A stretch of 63,982 nt of DNA, filler included, from Intoshia linei (Eukaryota; Animalia; Orthonectida), in the NCBI GenBank assembly GCA_001642005.1. It is 11 parts of 11 records of this genome, joined end to end, with 100 filler letters (N's around TTAATTAATTAA, not from the genome) between each part and the next. Parts side by side here need not be neighbours in the genome. Positions count along the whole stretch, not along the records: positions 1 to 13,504 come from LWCA01001013.1; 10 more parts are not named here. One strand, written 5' to 3'. The notes beneath the pieces were generated by a model. The model made no database searches. It saw only the letters and a list, made by a program, of their open reading frames with translations, and had not been told where the DNA came from. This document shows positions 1 through 13,604 of the stretch, piece by piece (position 1 is the first letter of the stretch; each line of letters begins with the position of its first letter). The translations under genes were made by a program, and so were the position numbers.

Positions 1-59
1 TACATCAATTACTTTATGAAAAGTTATTTTTAAGTATATATTATTTAAATTTTTTATTA

Positions 60-390
60 TTGGTGTAAATAAGTAAATAACATGCAAATTGTGACGGAAT
101 TAAGCATAAAACGAGAATAAACGTGTTATACATTAGTTTATATATATAATACTAATTTTATATTTATTTTTTTTAAAATCTTAATTATTAGTGTAAATGA
201 GTAAATAACATGCTAACTGTGACGGAATTGAGCATCAAACGACAAAAAATGTATTATAAATTAATTTACTTATAAAATATAATATATATAATATATATTA
301 TAATGTAAAATAGAATAGTAAATAACATGCTAATTTATGCCATTATTAGGTGGGCGGAATTGAGCTGAAAACGATAAAAATGGTATAATT
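60..390. repeat. Degenerate tandem repeat, 3 units of about 117-128 bp
   Basis: GTAAATAACATGC recurs at 73, 201 and 318, each followed by a CGGAATT(A/G)AGC...AAACGA core. Confidence 0.75.
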
Positions 391-680
391 ATTATTTTTT
401 TTATAAATACGATTGATATTAGGCATTATTAACATTTTTTTGTGATGGACGTTTAAGATTATATGATTTGTTTATTATTAAAATAATTAATATTAATGAC
501 ACTTTAATAAATTATTACATATGGGGTGAAATTAGATATGATTAATTGACATGGTGTAATTTATTTTTGCGATGTGATAAACTTAATAATTATTAATATT
601 TACATTTGTTGCGTCCATGATTTTTTAAAATTTTACATGTATTACTTTTAATAAAATAGTTAAATAAAATTATCGCTTTT

Positions 681-840
681 AAAATAGAACAATGGAGGTT
701 ATGTAAAAAGTTTATATAATGGTAAGTAATTTCATTTTTATACTAAAGAGTTACTTTTACATGATTTTTACGTTATATATTAGAATTTCTAAGCTTTTAT
801 GTTTTAAAAACGATTTTATGTTACTGAAAATGTTGATAAA
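681..840 (+). repeat. Dispersed repeat with intron-like signals; second copy inverted at about 51150-51310
   Basis: AAATAGAACAATGGA...GTAAGTAATTT...TACTTTT(T)ACATGATTTT...TATATTAG..TTTCTAAG..TTTATGTTTTAAAAA..TTTATGTTACTGAAAATGT is shared with the reverse complement of 51150-51310. Confidence 0.7.
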
Positions 841-1410
841 ATGCAATAAATGTATATAATTAATATCTAGTTTTATACTCTTCTTTTTTTAAAAAGTGTT
901 GTGAACACTGTTGGGATTGGCTGATTTAAGCGATGATAAAATTTTATAATTTTCGGACGGGTTTGATTATAAAAACACAGGACAAGTGGGTTTTTAACGT
1001 TTAAAGACTTTATTTTTGTTTTTGAATATAGGCAATAAAACTAAACTTTGGAAAAACGGTTTAAAGAATATAGATTGTGTAAAACTCGACTTTTTTACTT
1101 TTTTAAATAAATATGAATAAGTAAATAAACAAACATTTATTTTTAACCATTTGACTTTATATAATAAGAATTAAATGTTTTGTTTTTTTTTATTTACTAA
1201 AACTTTAAGACATTTTCATCGAAGTTATTAAGATTTAAATAAAATTTTGATGGATATTTTATCATTCTATTGTTTAATTTTATTATTTTTCGATTATTAT
1301 TAAAAAATTTCGATTTCAATACTATATAATTAATACTACCAATTGATTAAAACAAATTTATTTACATAATTTGATATTTAAATTTGGTAGAATAGAAATG
1401 GAATAAAAAA

Positions 1411-1850
1411 TTATTTCGTTGAGTTAATAGTTTTAAAAGGTGCTGTGATCGTTATACTGGGTCTTTTTGTAATTTCATTATTAATTTTGTTAATTGGTTT
1501 TATTTTGGTATTTTTTAAATTGTTTGGTACATTAAATATGGTGTTTGATATTCTACGTACTTTAGTTATTATCGACTCTGATCGAATTATTGATGTTTTA
1601 TTTGCAGGAGTATTTGATGGGTCGGGTGAACTTGCAGATTTATTGCTATTGTCTTTATTTTCATTCTCTGCATTAAAAAGATTCAACTTGGGGCGTTTGT
1701 ATAGGTTTGTCTTTAATTTTTTTTGTCTTTCTGATTCTTCATTTATCAGTCTCCGTTTTTCTTTATAATTCATAAACAAAATAATTACAATAACTCCTAC
1801 AAACAGTAATATTCCACAAATTATTCCAATTGAAAGTTTTGAATTTAACA
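1411..1850 (-). CDS. Terminal exon encoding a single TM helix plus cytoplasmic tail; possibly the last exon of the CUB gene
   Basis: Phase-1 acceptor tttag at 1852-1851. Open frame LSIGIICGILLFVGVIVIILFM followed by the basic stop-transfer KEKRR and a ~115-aa Ser/Asn-rich tail ending in TAA. The phase matches the CUB exon ending at 7759. Confidence 0.65.
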
Positions 1851-1929
1851 CTAAAATTTAAAAATAAAGTTGTGATAATGTGATAATTATATATGATAAT
1901 ATATATTATCATAAATTATGATTCATAAT

Positions 1930-2990
1930 ATACATTTAGTACTAATGTAATAAATACTTAAAAATACGAATTATGTATTATAATTAACAGAATCAGCACT
2001 TTAGAAACATATTTCAGGTTAATTTTACCAATATTGCAAAGCCGTGTAATGAAAATACAATTGATAATAACAAAGTTGTATTACTTTTAGTATTTCGTTA
2101 TTTTAGTTATTTTAGTTAAATTTTAAACAAAATGTTTTGAAACTGAAAATTAGATTGAAAATTTGCGTAGCAATGAAATAAATTCTGATGGAATGAATTA
2201 TATAGATTTTCACCCATATTTCTTTATTGGAAATATGTAGACGTCGATGCACATTTTTTTGAAATTGTAGGAATCAATATTTACATTTTAAATTTTTATT
2301 TGAATCGAAATATTTGAAAAATATTGGTGGATAATATATTTAAAAATTATTTTTGACCGGCAATGCGTTGATTTCTGGAGTTAAATTTTTGGACAGTTAA
2401 TTATTGCTTATTTGTTGTTTTAATAAACTTTCGGAAAAAAAAGATATATGAATACTAAAGTGCTTTTTTGACAGTGAAGGCGTCACTTCTTCAGATTGAA
2501 GTTTTTGGTGTGTCTTAACAGAATACAACTGTACTATCTGTAATTATTTTTAAATTCTAGGGCTGTTTTCATTTTAAAAAAAAATGGTAAGTGGGGTTTT
2601 GTTCGTGAAAATTATTTTTTTTGAGGTTTCCATTTATGATAATGTTTATGATTTTAAAATCTATCCCAGAATTTATGTTAAAAAAAATTTTAGAACATGT
2701 TTAATTTTTAAAACATAGGGTAATTTGGGTTTTTAACTATGAAGGTATGCGTTTTTGAGGCTGTGATTAACGCCAATCTCAATGATTTTAATATGTGCCT
2801 CAAAATATATGTTTTATTTCATTTTTAGGATGATTTCTTTTTATACATAAGGGAAACTTTCGTTTTTGACCATGAAAGACTTAAATTTTAATACTGAAAA
2901 ATAGATAATAACACGCTGTGGGAAAAACTGTATTAGAAATTAGGTTTTTTGATATCCTACGACTGTTAATTTTTTCAATAAATACTTACA
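1930..2990 (-). mobile_element. Internal portion of the non-autonomous Helitron-like repeat
   Basis: The reverse complement matches 54100-55150, and the + strand matches 43900-44600 (e.g. AATATTGATTCCTACAATTTC, CTAGGGCTGTTTTCATT, ATTTATGATAATG). Boundaries are approximate. Confidence 0.6.
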
Positions 2991-5059
2991 CACACTCACA
3001 AATTCATTTTTATATATGTAAGAATAATTCGTTTGCAAAATTTTTTAAGATCCTATTTTTAATTTTAGGGGTGGCCATAAGCTTGCTAGCTTCGGCTGTG
3101 GGAATTACTATCGACTAAATTAAATCGTTACATAGATTAAATTTCATGCACGTGAAAATAATTCAGGTTATTCAGTAAAACTCAATTTGATAAAATGATG
3201 TTAAAGTTCACTAATAATAAAAAATATTCTAATTTAATTTTATTATTAACAAAGGTTATCTTCATTTTATTTAAAATTTTTCTTGTGAAGCACCTAGAAT
3301 TTCCTGTGGACCACTTTGGGAACTACTGCATTAGGGTGTTTTACATCGCAATACTTTTTAAAATATTACTCAGAGATTTATTTTGGCAATTATATTCATC
3401 ACATTGTTTACCGACACAACCACAATCATTAATACCATTGCATATGTACGCCCAAGGTATACATTCATGATTTCGACACTTTAGCTTTATTGAAATATCG
3501 CAAAATTCTAATTAAATATAAATGAAATAATAGAATATTGATTATTACGACTTGGATGCTTGCTTTGATATTCTAATTTATATTTATTAGTTTCACATTA
3601 TTATTTTTTTCTAAAACCACGCCAATGTGAAATAAGATAATTTTTTCACATACCTATATATAGGTCGCCCTCCCAAATACATACGTTTTAACGCTACCTC
3701 TCGTAATTACCAAAAAATTAACACAGTATAAATATAATAAAATAGTAACAACTATAATACACACAGACAGAGTTTTATATAAGTTAGCATGGGTAATTTG
3801 TGGTTTTAACCATGAATATACAATTTTTTGAAATTGAAATGTATTATGTTGATAATTTTAAAATATGTATGAGAATTTAGATTCTAAATAATTCTAGGCC
3901 TTGTTTGACTTTTAAAAACAAATATAATTCGGGTTTTTTTATCATGAAAGATTCAATTTCTGAAATCACATTGGCAATACAATCTTATCATCTCAAAAAC
4001 TATTAAAAATTCATGCATTTAAAACTCTACACCTTTTACTTTCGTAAATAAACTGGAACAAAATTAAAATTTAAAACCTGCCACCCTCTTTAAATTTTTC
4101 TTAAGTTCGGGAAACACTACAGTAAATTACGGAGTGTATCATTAATGTTGGAAAAATTAATTAAATTATCGATTTATTTATAATTGTCGCATACCAAGAT
4201 GTTGCGCAGCGAATGTCAATTTGAAAATTAGCAAGTTCAATTTGGAACATTCGTTGGTTTGAATAAAATAAAATTTTTCTCTCCTCTCCTACTATCCTCC
4301 CTATCTCCCTCTCATCCATTTCTGTGGTCGGAATCTGTTTGTCTATCCATATCTTTCGATATATGTATTTGTTTGAAAAATTTGACAGGTAATAGATCCG
4401 AACCGACTACTTCTTAAGGTTACAGTTTGTCATAGTAATAACTGTACTAAATCGTTTTTAAAACTGATTTTTTATCATTATATTTTGAAATTTTATCAAT
4501 ATAGAATTAGAGCAATATTTTAATTTTTCTGTTAAAGTATTAAACTAATTTTTAAATTGCAAAGTTGATTAAATATCGTAATCATGAACTTCATAGTATA
4601 CTTTCCTAAATGTCAAACTTGAATATTAGAAACAGATTAATTTAATTTAAATATAATATTTAAAAACACCAGTATGGATTTATAAGTCAAAGCTCTTCAC
4701 CACATATATTTATATCAAGTGTAATTGTGAAAAACATTTTTTGGTATAAACACCATAAAATGGTTTTATATTGTAATATTAGTTGGTTCTGCAGTTATTC
4801 AGTGTTAACTTTGGTTTTTAGGTAGTACGGTACTACTAGGTATCACTTTGATATTGAATCGTTTATTCGATATCGAATATAGACAGTGTCTATAGTTTTG
4901 GTTGATTGACACAACATTGGTTGATACCAGTGATGGAAACCAAATCAAATGTGGTGTGTTAATTTTGAGATTTTATTCGAAAATTATTTTCTGGTGTATT
5001 ATAAAAAAAAATTACTCAGCCCTCCAATTAAAACAAAATCTAAATTTCCTACCTATATA

Positions 5060-5770
5060 CACTGCGTTCCAAGTTATTATGCAACGATTAAAAACATTAA
5101 TAATTAAAAAAGTAGTCACTTAATTCTATTAATTTTTTATCACATTTTATCATTGATCATATAAAACTTTACTTTGACAAAAAAATTTATCACGTTTCCA
5201 AAATAGCATGCTATTTAACATTTTATATTTTTGGGTAATTTTTAGTGTGCCAAATTACTATGCTAATCAAAATTTAGGATTATGAGTAAATCAACATCAC
5301 TTACTGTTGACAAAAAGGATAAAATTCTGAAAATGTTGGATAACGGAATATCAATAAATGAAATAGCTTCAAATTTAGAACGCGATCATTGCACAAACCT
5401 TCCATACATAGAAAACCCTTTCAACAAGAGTAAAAGAAAGGCAAAGGGATCATTCAAAGAAGTATCTGTTAAATATATCCATATTAAACTAGAAATGCTT
5501 AGAAACCCTCTTACAACTTCTCTAGAGATATTTAAATCATCAGATTAATTGATATACCTAAAACTACGAAATGCCAAATAATAAAAACGGTTGGTAAAGT
5601 CGGGCAAGCTAAAGGTAAACCAGGTTTAACCAAATGACACATGGAATTACGACTATCCTGGGCTAAAAATTACCTAAAGATAAATTTTTCAAATGTAATT
5701 TTTACCAATGAAACCAGAATATCTTTAGATGGGCCAGGTTAGTAGAGTAAGGGTTGGTTAGTGCATAACA
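5060..5770 (+). mobile_element. Truncated Tc1-superfamily transposon (TRT/DD37E-like) with decayed transposase
   Basis: TA|CACTGCGTTCCAAGTTATTATGCA terminus. HTH MSKSTSLTVDKKDKILKMLDNGISINEIASNLERDH, then VIFTNETRISLDGPG**SKGW around the first catalytic-Asp motif. Stops and frameshifts present; 3' half missing. Confidence 0.75.
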
Positions 5771-6135
5771 TGTAACATGTAACATGTAATTGTTTATCAT
5801 TTGTTACCAAAAAAAATGTGATAATATTGTCCAATCCATTAAATGCATCTTTTGGTTCAGGATTAAGAGTAGATATTTATTTTTGTGATGAATTAGACTT
5901 GTGGTTGATGAATTGAATAATTTTTTCATGAGACCACAATATCAATAGAATAAAGAGCATCATAGTTTTTTCATAAATTTTTAAAAATACATCTCCACGA
6001 TATTAATGATCCGTAGAAAAAACTAATTTTTTATTTCATATTTTGTTTTTAAACCAATTATCTATATAAAATACTAAATGTATTACGAAAGGCATTAGTT
6101 TAACAGATTAATTTACTAAACCTAATTAGATATAC

Positions 6136-7047
6136 AAGTGGGGGATTCAAGAGGTGCAGAAGGTGCAGTTGCACCCCTAAATTTAAAAAATAAATTTAAT
6201 TAAGTTCTGTAAAATAACTGAAAAAGGTTTTAATTTATTAAAACAATATAGATGGCGCATAACATGTCATTACATGAACAATTGATCATGTGGTTTGAGG
6301 CCTTTTGTTACATGCACATCTACAATTGATAATTTTATACAGTAATATCTCCATTTAGTCACGTTCGATTACTTAGAATTTATTTAGAAACAATTTTAAG
6401 CCAAAAATATTTTTTGCAAAAAATTAGAAAGAATTCGCAGAAAAATATGAATTATTTTTAACATGCATATCATTAGATAAGGATTTCAAAGCAGAATATA
6501 CTAGATGAAAAAAAAAGAACTTGATTCAAAGACAACTATCATACAATTAATCGAAAGCTGCAATTCTAATTTGTTTCCAAATATTTATCAACTTTTAATT
6601 ATTTTGACAACATTGCCAATCGTGACACATGTCAACATGTGAACGTGAACGCTCCATTATCATTTTGAGAAGATGGAAAACCTTTTAAAGATCAACAATG
6701 ACTGGTAATCGTCTATGTGGACTGGCCCTCATGAATTGCCACTATGATTATAATTTTTATATTGAAACTTTGGTTAATGAATTTGCAATACTTCATCCAA
6801 CAAGACTGGACCTAATTTATTTAAGATTATTTAATGAACAAAATTAATTAATTAGATTTTATGCTGATCATTTTTTTATTTTTGCGAAAAAATACAAATT
6901 TGGAAACTATTGTATTAACATTTTTAAATGAAATTAAAAGAGACGCTTTAAAATCAAACTAGACGCCGTGATATTAAAAGAGACGCACTAAAAAAAATTC
7001 TTGATATTGAAATTGCACCCCATTAACTAACCTCTTGGATCCACCCG
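6136..7047 (+). mobile_element. Internally deleted hAT transposon remnant (ZMYM1/THAP12-like dimerization domain)
   Basis: 6570-6820 translates, with a frameshift, to FPNIYQLLIILTTLP..STCER.....LRRWKTFLRSTMTGNRLCGLALMNCH...VNEFA. Degenerate inverted ends GGGGATTCAAG / CTTGGATCCACC with TGCACCC subterminal motifs. Confidence 0.75.
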
Positions 7048-7758
7048 AGTATATTCCACACATAAAACATAATTTATTTTAATCGGTCGAGTCATGTCCA
7101 TCCATTATAATTCTTGGTTTAAATCTTGTTTAAATGATTCGTGAGAATGTAATTATCAAATTCACTCATCGCTTTAATTAATTAAAAGATGTAATAAAAA
7201 CATTATTTGACATGTAAAACATGTAACTATGTTTTTTTATGGTAAAAATTTAATAGAATAGCCAAATTACGTATTACAATTTAATTGTTAATAAAATTAT
7301 TTTAATATATGTTAAATTAAGTGTCTTTTTGTAATGTTGGACAGTGTAATATAATTAATGAGAGATAATAAACTAATTTTAGAATTTGTTACAATTCACT
7401 TATATATTATTGTAGCGAACCTGAAGGTAATCCAATAATACACCCAAGGACACTGTTCAGTGAACAATGTTGGATTTACTGAGTGTTTCCCAATTCATGC
7501 GCTGTGATATTTAAATTTTTATTTTTTATGAAATATTTAGCATCTTATATGGTCGGCATAAAATGTAGACAACGACCACAGAAAGATGTTAAGGTAAACA
7601 AAAACGTATTTAAGTATTTTTTTGTATTATCTTTTTATATTTCCTTGAATTACAATAAAAAAATATAGTTGATATTATTACATATTGAAGAAATACATGA
7701 ATATTTTAAAAATCCGTCACATTTTCTCATTATTGTATACAAAACTAGATATGTTTAC

Positions 7759-10600
7759 CTAACAAATGAAATGAATACTCTGCCTTGAATCCACCATTAT
7801 TTATGTGAGTATCAGTAAATAATTGTATCCACATATTTTCCGTGTTTGATGATATATTTATTCGTTTATTAGTGTAACAACCTTTATACAATTCTCTTCC
7901 GTTTGACGAAGTTTCATGTACCTAAAATTAAATAAATAAATAAACCTAAATTAAATTTAGTTAAAACATTTCTTTGAATTTAAAATGTAAATACAAATGT
8001 ACTATAAAAATGGCTCAAATTTTAATATTACAATTATATTTACATATTATAATATACATTTGTTTATGTCATCAGGGATGAGAGAAAGATTAAAAATTAA
8101 GAAAAATGACAGAAAAGTTTTTTCACATTAAATTATAACCCGATTATGGACAAAATTAGCTAGGAATATTGCGCATTTTGGAGTAATTTTTTGATATCAT
8201 TTTATAATATAATTTTATAAAATTTATTTTCTAATCACAGGGATTTTCTTGTGTCAGCATTCAATAATGTAACACTAAAATTATTATGCATTTTCAACAG
8301 ATATTTTATTTCTGCTATTAATAATAATAAAGCATTCATATATTTTAATGTCAATGATAATGTATTCTCATGTGTGTATTCATAATTAATGTAAAATAAA
8401 AAATATTTATTAATTAAGAATTGATAACCATTCAATTATTACTGTATTCAATTGTCAATTTGCCTTTATGTCAAAAATTTTTTAATATAAATAAAACAAT
8501 GGCTATTGTAAAAAAGATTGTATAGTGAATATATGTATTATATAGATATATTAGGTTGACTGTTATGTACTACGTACAAATAGGACCTAGCTTTGCCGAG
8601 GGCACATTTTTATTATACTTAAAAAATAAGTTCACGTTGAAAATCTAATGTAAAAATCATACTATTCACTATTATCAATGCTTTAAAGGAGTGGTTCCCA
8701 AATTTGTTTCAGGTGGAACCAACATATCACATTAATTTTTACTTTAAAGTGAATTATTCCATCTTAATTTATTATTTGCGTATCGAATTTTAAATTCAAT
8801 TGTTATCCCATTTTTTTAATATTATATATTTTATATATACTAACGGCTTAAAAAAATATATTTTATAAAAATTTCACTTTTTACATGCTGATTTTTTTTA
8901 AGCTTATGTTAAAATAAATTTAATATTGTTAAATCTATCAAACGGTTTTAATTAAATTAAACATTTAAAATTTATTAACATGGTCAAAACACATTGAGAT
9001 TCCGAATTTCACATTGGGAATAGAGACCAACAAAATGTTTTAGAATTGTCGAGTGCAGAAAAATTTAATATGTATAAATTAAATAAAAACATTGAAAATA
9101 ATTTATAACTGTTTTAGCATTAACACAACTACATTTTGTATTTGGTGAATGATTTTCTTCGATACGGTTACCACGATAAAATAAGAAATTTCCAAACATT
9201 TTTAATTAATCTCATATTTTTTTTTTAATCTCAATATTTTTTAATTTCGTGATGGACAATGAGTAAATTAAATACATATATTTTATATACAAATACTATA
9301 AAAATGATAGAAACGTTTTTTCACACCGCATTATATCCCGATTATAGAAAAAATTAGCTAGGGACAACGCGCATTTGTATATGTATATTTTTTATTTTTT
9401 GGTACACAGTTCATAGAATAGACTTATATTTATTGGAATAAATTCTAAAAAAATAGCTTTAATTTTAAAACTAATCTTGAATATTTTTTATTTTTCAACC
9501 AAAAATTCGCAAGAATTACTATAACCAATCGGTGACTTTGTTCGTAAAAAGTTCAAATTACTTAGAAAAAAGTACATCAAAATAATACAAAATACAAGGA
9601 AATTGACAAATCTTCAATATAGATCAGTGTTACCCAACATTTTTTATGATAGGCCCCACTGAAAAAAAATTTGAGCGAATTATAATAAAATCATGATAAA
9701 AACAATAATAATGTATTTATTTTTTAGAATTAATGAGACGATTGAGCCTGACGATTCTGACAAAGTTTATTAATAGTAGTACTAATGTGGTATGCTTTAA
9801 TCGTAGATCTTCCCTTTTTGAAATTTTTAGTCTATTTATTTATTTTGTCAGTAAGTCTAAAACTGCACTATACCCACATTCTGCTAAATAAGAGGATGGA
9901 AATGGCAACAAAGAAATCCTAGCAAAAGTAGATAAAGTCGGATAATTTTGTAAATTTAGCATTTTGCATATACTCATCAATTTAGTTAAAATTGAATTCA
10001 ATAAACCACGATTATTAAATATATATTTGTTTTTTGTCATTCTAATAAATTAATAATACAATTAATTGGTTCAAGTATTACATAACCACTTATAAACCGA
10101 AGAATATTATATAAAATTAACAATAAATTAATCTAAAGTTTCATAATCCTATACATTTGTAATATTTCCCAGGACCCACAAAAAAGTCGTAGGCCCCACC
10201 AAATTTCCAATGTCCCACCAAAAATGTCGTCATTCCCCACGGTTGGGAAACACTGATATAGATGTAGCTAAGGATTATAAATATAGAATAGGTTTTTACA
10301 TCAGTTTCTATAAGTTTTGATTTTCATAAACATATCACAGTACTGATTACAAACATGATAAATGTATTGAAAAGCCCAATATAAAAAATACCCGTAATAT
10401 ATCGTAGCAATAATTATTAGATTTATTTCGTTCCAAATCTAATAAAACTATATGTAATTTGACAGAATATCCCACGGGAGGTTGAATACGCCATATACAG
10501 TTTTGATTGTTTTGGTAGGTATTATAACCTGTCATATTTGATGATATATAACCAGTAGAATTTTCCGATAAAGAGGAAATAAAATTGCCGCAGCCAATAA
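7759..10600 (-). CDS. CUB-domain protein, two exons (10600-10392 and 7921-7759); partial gene
   Basis: Spliced product CGNFISSLSENSTGYISSNMTGYNTYQNNQNCIWRIQPPVGYSVKLHIVLLDLERNKSNNYCYDILR|VHETSSNGRELYKGCYTNKRINISSNTENMWIQLFTDTHINNGGFKAEY is a complete CUB domain with canonical GT-AG sites and phase 1-0-1 introns. Confidence 0.85.
8551..8820 (-). mobile_element. 3' end of non-autonomous Helitron-like element
   Basis: The minus strand ends ...TTTGTACGTAGTACATAACAGTCAACCTAA|T, i.e. CTRR|T with a hairpin about 11 nt upstream. Near-identical to 22140-22457, 41697-42000 and 58720-58948. Confidence 0.75.
9625..10255 (-). mobile_element. Non-autonomous Buster-type hAT element with perfect 8-bp TSD
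   Basis: TIRs CAGTGTTACCCAAC / GTTGGGAAACACTG and TSD ATATAGAT on both sides. Internal remnant YPTLSTFARISLLPFPSSYLAECGYSAV is the hAT dimerization motif. Lies in the CUB intron. Confidence 0.9.
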
Positions 10601-13425
10601 CTAAAATAAAAGGTGAAAATTATGTTTTAGGTTAAGGCGATATAATGGTCAAATTTTTCAAAAATTAAATTAATTTCATTCAAAAATAAATTTAATAATC
10701 ATAAGGTTTCTAATAATAATAAGTCCCGTAATAATAAAAGTAATAAGCTATAATTTATAAAAACAGAAAATATAAATTAAAGTATTTAGCTAATAGTTCC
10801 AGTTCTACAATATAGTAGTATATGTAGTATAATATTTTTAGTATTTTCTATTTTGATCCTAATAATCGCAGTATAATTTTAATTATTTTCAATGTAATGA
10901 TTTTGTGTAATTGTTATATTATTTTGGCAAAATATTATCTTTTTTACTATTTATTATTATATATTTATTACTAATTAATTTTGATAATAAATATGAAGTT
11001 ATATTTCCAAATTTTCTTATGAAATTAATTTCATCTCCATTAGTTTGCTAACCCCCTGGTAGGAAACATTGATCTATATTATATAATCTTTAGTTTAGAA
11101 TCTAGATCAGTGATTCTCAAACTTTTTACCAAAGCGTGCATTTATCATTAATATAAAATTTTGGTGGGCAACATGTATAATATATTATATACTATATTAA
11201 AAGTTTATACTACCACTGTATATAACTATACATATAATAATAAATATTCTAGTCAGGAATGGGAACTAATATCTTAAAGCAGTGGTTCCCAACTTTTTTA
11301 GTATTGCGTTCCTCTAATAAAATTGTAATAAAAATGTTTAAAATAAAATTGTTATGAAATTAAAATTTATTTTAGATGTTTCTGCTGAAACTGATATAAT
11401 GAAACTGACTAAATGCGAGCTCACCATTTATATTTGTCAAGGTGCTATACCATTACGACCACTCTAACCGTTATTACTATATTTACTATTTAAATAATAT
11501 GATATTGAAAATAATTTTTTTATCTTAACAGCAATATTACCCATATCAATTTGTTTGATTATTAAGAATATCAGTGGACAAATCGGAATGTAATATATCA
11601 TTAGTTTTGTATATTTTACAATTCAAAAAATTGTAAAACATTAATACAATTGGGTATTATATGCAATCAATTCCCCACTCGTGTATCCTATGAAATAATG
11701 ATTAAAAATTTACAAAAACTACCGAAATTGTGTATTAATTTTAAATATATTGTGCACACGAGTGAAGATGGCAGGCATTATCGTTTATTATTTTCTCCAT
11801 ACATTGAATTAAAATTTAATTTGAAATAAATACAACAGTAACTAATTTAGATACTATTTGCTTAAAAATATTTTTTATTTAGTATTGTCGCCATTAGAGC
11901 TAATGTAATATAATTGTATTTACATAAATTAGTATTTCTCGCAAACACAATCCATTATATTTATTTATGCTGCAACAAACTGTAAGATTCAAACAAGTTC
12001 AAAAATAAAATAGGTAAACAAAACAAAGTAATATTGACTACATAACAATTCAACAAAGTATAATTGTCAAGTGGTACTCTTTATATCAACTTTACCTTAA
12101 TTTCAACCAAAGATAAGCGAATTAATTTTGTTTGTATTAATTGTAAATTTAAAAAAATGTTCAAATTTAAATTTCATCATTTGAATTTAAATAAATATTT
12201 ATATAAATAAATCTAATTAATTTGCCAATTACATTCTAATTATTCAGTCAATAAATTTCTTGTGTTATTTTTGTTAAAAATCTGTTCAACCTGGATATGC
12301 ACTTGGTTATATATCACATATCCATTAATTAATTGTACTTGTAGAATAAGAAAACGTTTCAATCACGCTGTGTTCAATTAACATTCTATATTTCATATTT
12401 GTTATAATACAGTAGTAAATTTACAATATATTCACCAATTCAAAATCTTTAAATTTACTTTTTAGTAAATTTAGTAAAAACGAGTAGATTTAGCATTGGT
12501 TACCTTTTCATGTATATTCATCACAAAAAAGATGTTTTAGGGTTTAGCTAACGTCGTACTTTCCATCCAACCCGTCTGCTCTACTAATTTACTAACGTAG
12601 TCTGCAACACGAGGCTCTCACCTTGGATAATCCATTACCAATTCAACGATAATGGAAATGAAGAATAAATAACATAATGACAGGACTTTCACTGTTAATA
12701 GTTTCAATTTCAATGATAATCAAAGTTGGACTGGATTATATATAATTATGACATTAGTGATATTGCTCGGGAGAAATACCCGGAAAAAATTCCTGGGATT
12801 TTTATGATTTCTCGGGATTCCGAATAAAATTGTAGAACAAATTAAAAAATAAATAATTTTCAACATTTGGTTAAAATATGAATATAAAAATGATAAAGCT
12901 GTGTATAAGGTTAAAAAAAAATATGCTGAAGTGTAAGTTCGTAATAACTATCGGTTATTAGCATCACTTAGTATGGTATAACTAGGATTTATTAATAGCA
13001 TTAACCTGGCACTACCTGTACTAGATTGAATTTTTTATACTAGCATATTAGATAAATAAATTTTTTTAAATTTCCCTGGAAATCACAATCGGTAATTAAC
13101 ATATATCAGTCTATAAGTTAAACATTACAATCATGTTCAAATATTTTTATTTTAAGGTGTATTATAAATAGATTACCTGACTATCCAATGACTGTGGACT
13201 GACAAACGTGAAAACAAAAAACTACGAAATAGTAATTGATTCATTTTGGATTAGAAATTAAAAAAGATCATCCATTGTTAGCAAAAAAAGCACTGTTAGT
13301 TTTAATCCAATTTTCTACATTTAAGCCGGTGATTCCCAAACTGTGTGCGTTGAGAATAAGGTTGGACTGTCGCTAAAAAAATTAATATTTTAAAATAAAT
13401 TTTATATAAAAAAATATAGTTATAA

Positions 13426-13504
13426 TCCTTACTTATATAATATGCTTCTTAATATTTGTTTATGTCTGAGTGTGTGTGTTCCACTTTATTTCAATAACTA
13501 CCAG
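13426..13504 (+). mobile_element. 5' end of Helitron-like element, cut by linker
   Basis: A|TCCTTACTTATATAA followed by a (GT)n tract and TTTATTTCAATAACTACCAG, as at 21200, 34909, 54026 and 57204. Confidence 0.65.
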
Positions 13505-13604
13505 NNNNNNNNNNNNNNNNNNNNNNNNNNNNNNNNNNNNNNNNNNNNTTAATTAATTAANNNNNNNNNNNNNNNNNNNNNNNNNNNNNNNNNNNNNNNN
13601 NNNN
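13505..13604. other. Artificial assembly linker N44-TTAATTAATTAA-N44 (also 26581-26680, 30517-30616, 39461-39560, 45388-45487, 50861-50960, 56398-56497, 60182-60281, 61501-61600, 62660-62759)
   Basis: Ten identical 100-bp blocks. The 12-mer places stop codons in all six frames. Confidence 0.97.

Noticed and set aside
60-390. CRISPR-like repeat-spacer array
   Set aside because: The units are long and degenerate, there are no cas genes, and the context is eukaryotic.
1445-1768. Hydrophobic + strand ORF of 107 aa
   Set aside because: It is the antisense shadow of the Lys/Asn-rich minus-strand exon.
13549-13560. Recurring palindrome TTAATTAATTAA as a biological motif
   Set aside because: It sits at the centre of each 88-N block and is an artificial six-frame stop linker.
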